From the NCBI GenBank assembly GCA_028023455.1, contig JAQFVV010000006.1, positions 15,066,001-15,130,000 on the forward strand: DNA of 64,000 nt, written 5' to 3'. The notes below the pieces were generated by a model. It was not told the DNA's origin, ran no database searches, and worked only from the letters and a program-made list of their open reading frames with translations. The translations under genes and the position numbers were made by a program. Positions 63,683 through 64,000 of the stretch are shown piece by piece. This DNA comes from Epiperipatus broadwayi (lineage: Eukaryota > Animalia > Onychophora). Each line of letters opens with the position of its first letter. Positions within the stretch are counted from its first letter, which is position 1.

Positions 63683-64000
63683 GATCTGATATAATGAGTT
63701 AATTAGTTTCAGAAGATCAATAGACATATCATCTCTCTATTGTAGCTTATATGAAGTACATGCATTTAGGGAAAGTCTGTCCACAGCCTAGACCAAAGTT
63801 ACCATTCAAAATAATCTTTCAAGAATGAAAAATCTCTATAAAATTGCTGTGTATGTTATTATAATGGAAACTAAGATTTGAGCTCTAAAAGTATAAAATA
63901 AAAATGTGAACAAACATCCATATCCTAATAAAATTTCACCGATAGTTGATCATATTTGTAATCATTTTTTTCTCAAATTTCTTAAGATAATATTCATTAG

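Noticed and set aside
59737-64000. Final P450 exon with the heme cysteine (GxRxCxG)
   Set aside because: No AG-preceded frame giving xRxCxG was found; the exon is presumably downstream of the window.

Overview
AT-rich animal genomic DNA, most consistent with an arthropod (possibly a chelicerate; inferred from gene structure and repeat types). The only clear gene is a microsomal CYP2-clan cytochrome P450 (CYP18A1-like) on the + strand. Three exons are visible (12582-12960, 40939-41478, 59296-59736) and splice in frame through phase-1 GT-AG introns of 28.0 kb and 17.8 kb; the heme-Cys exon was not found and probably lies beyond the window. The rest is repeat-rich: RTE-type LINE fragments, a ~4 kb decayed LINE with a PHD + SGNH-esterase ORF1 split by a hAT MITE (8-bp TSD), tRNA-Gly-derived SINEs with TSDs, minisatellites and many long inverted repeats. 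Main unexpected observation: about 35 recognisable type-I hammerhead ribozyme motifs (CUGANGA - stem II - GAAA - short palindromic stem III - NUH) in about eight repeat families or singletons. They occur as tandem units of ~90-100, 145 and 466 bp and as fold-back pairs, and one family carries a tRNA-like Pol III head. This matches Penelope-associated hammerheads / non-LTR retrozymes. Several intact cores lie in sense orientation inside the P450 introns. All ribozyme calls are by-eye motif and pairing calls; none is tested for activity.
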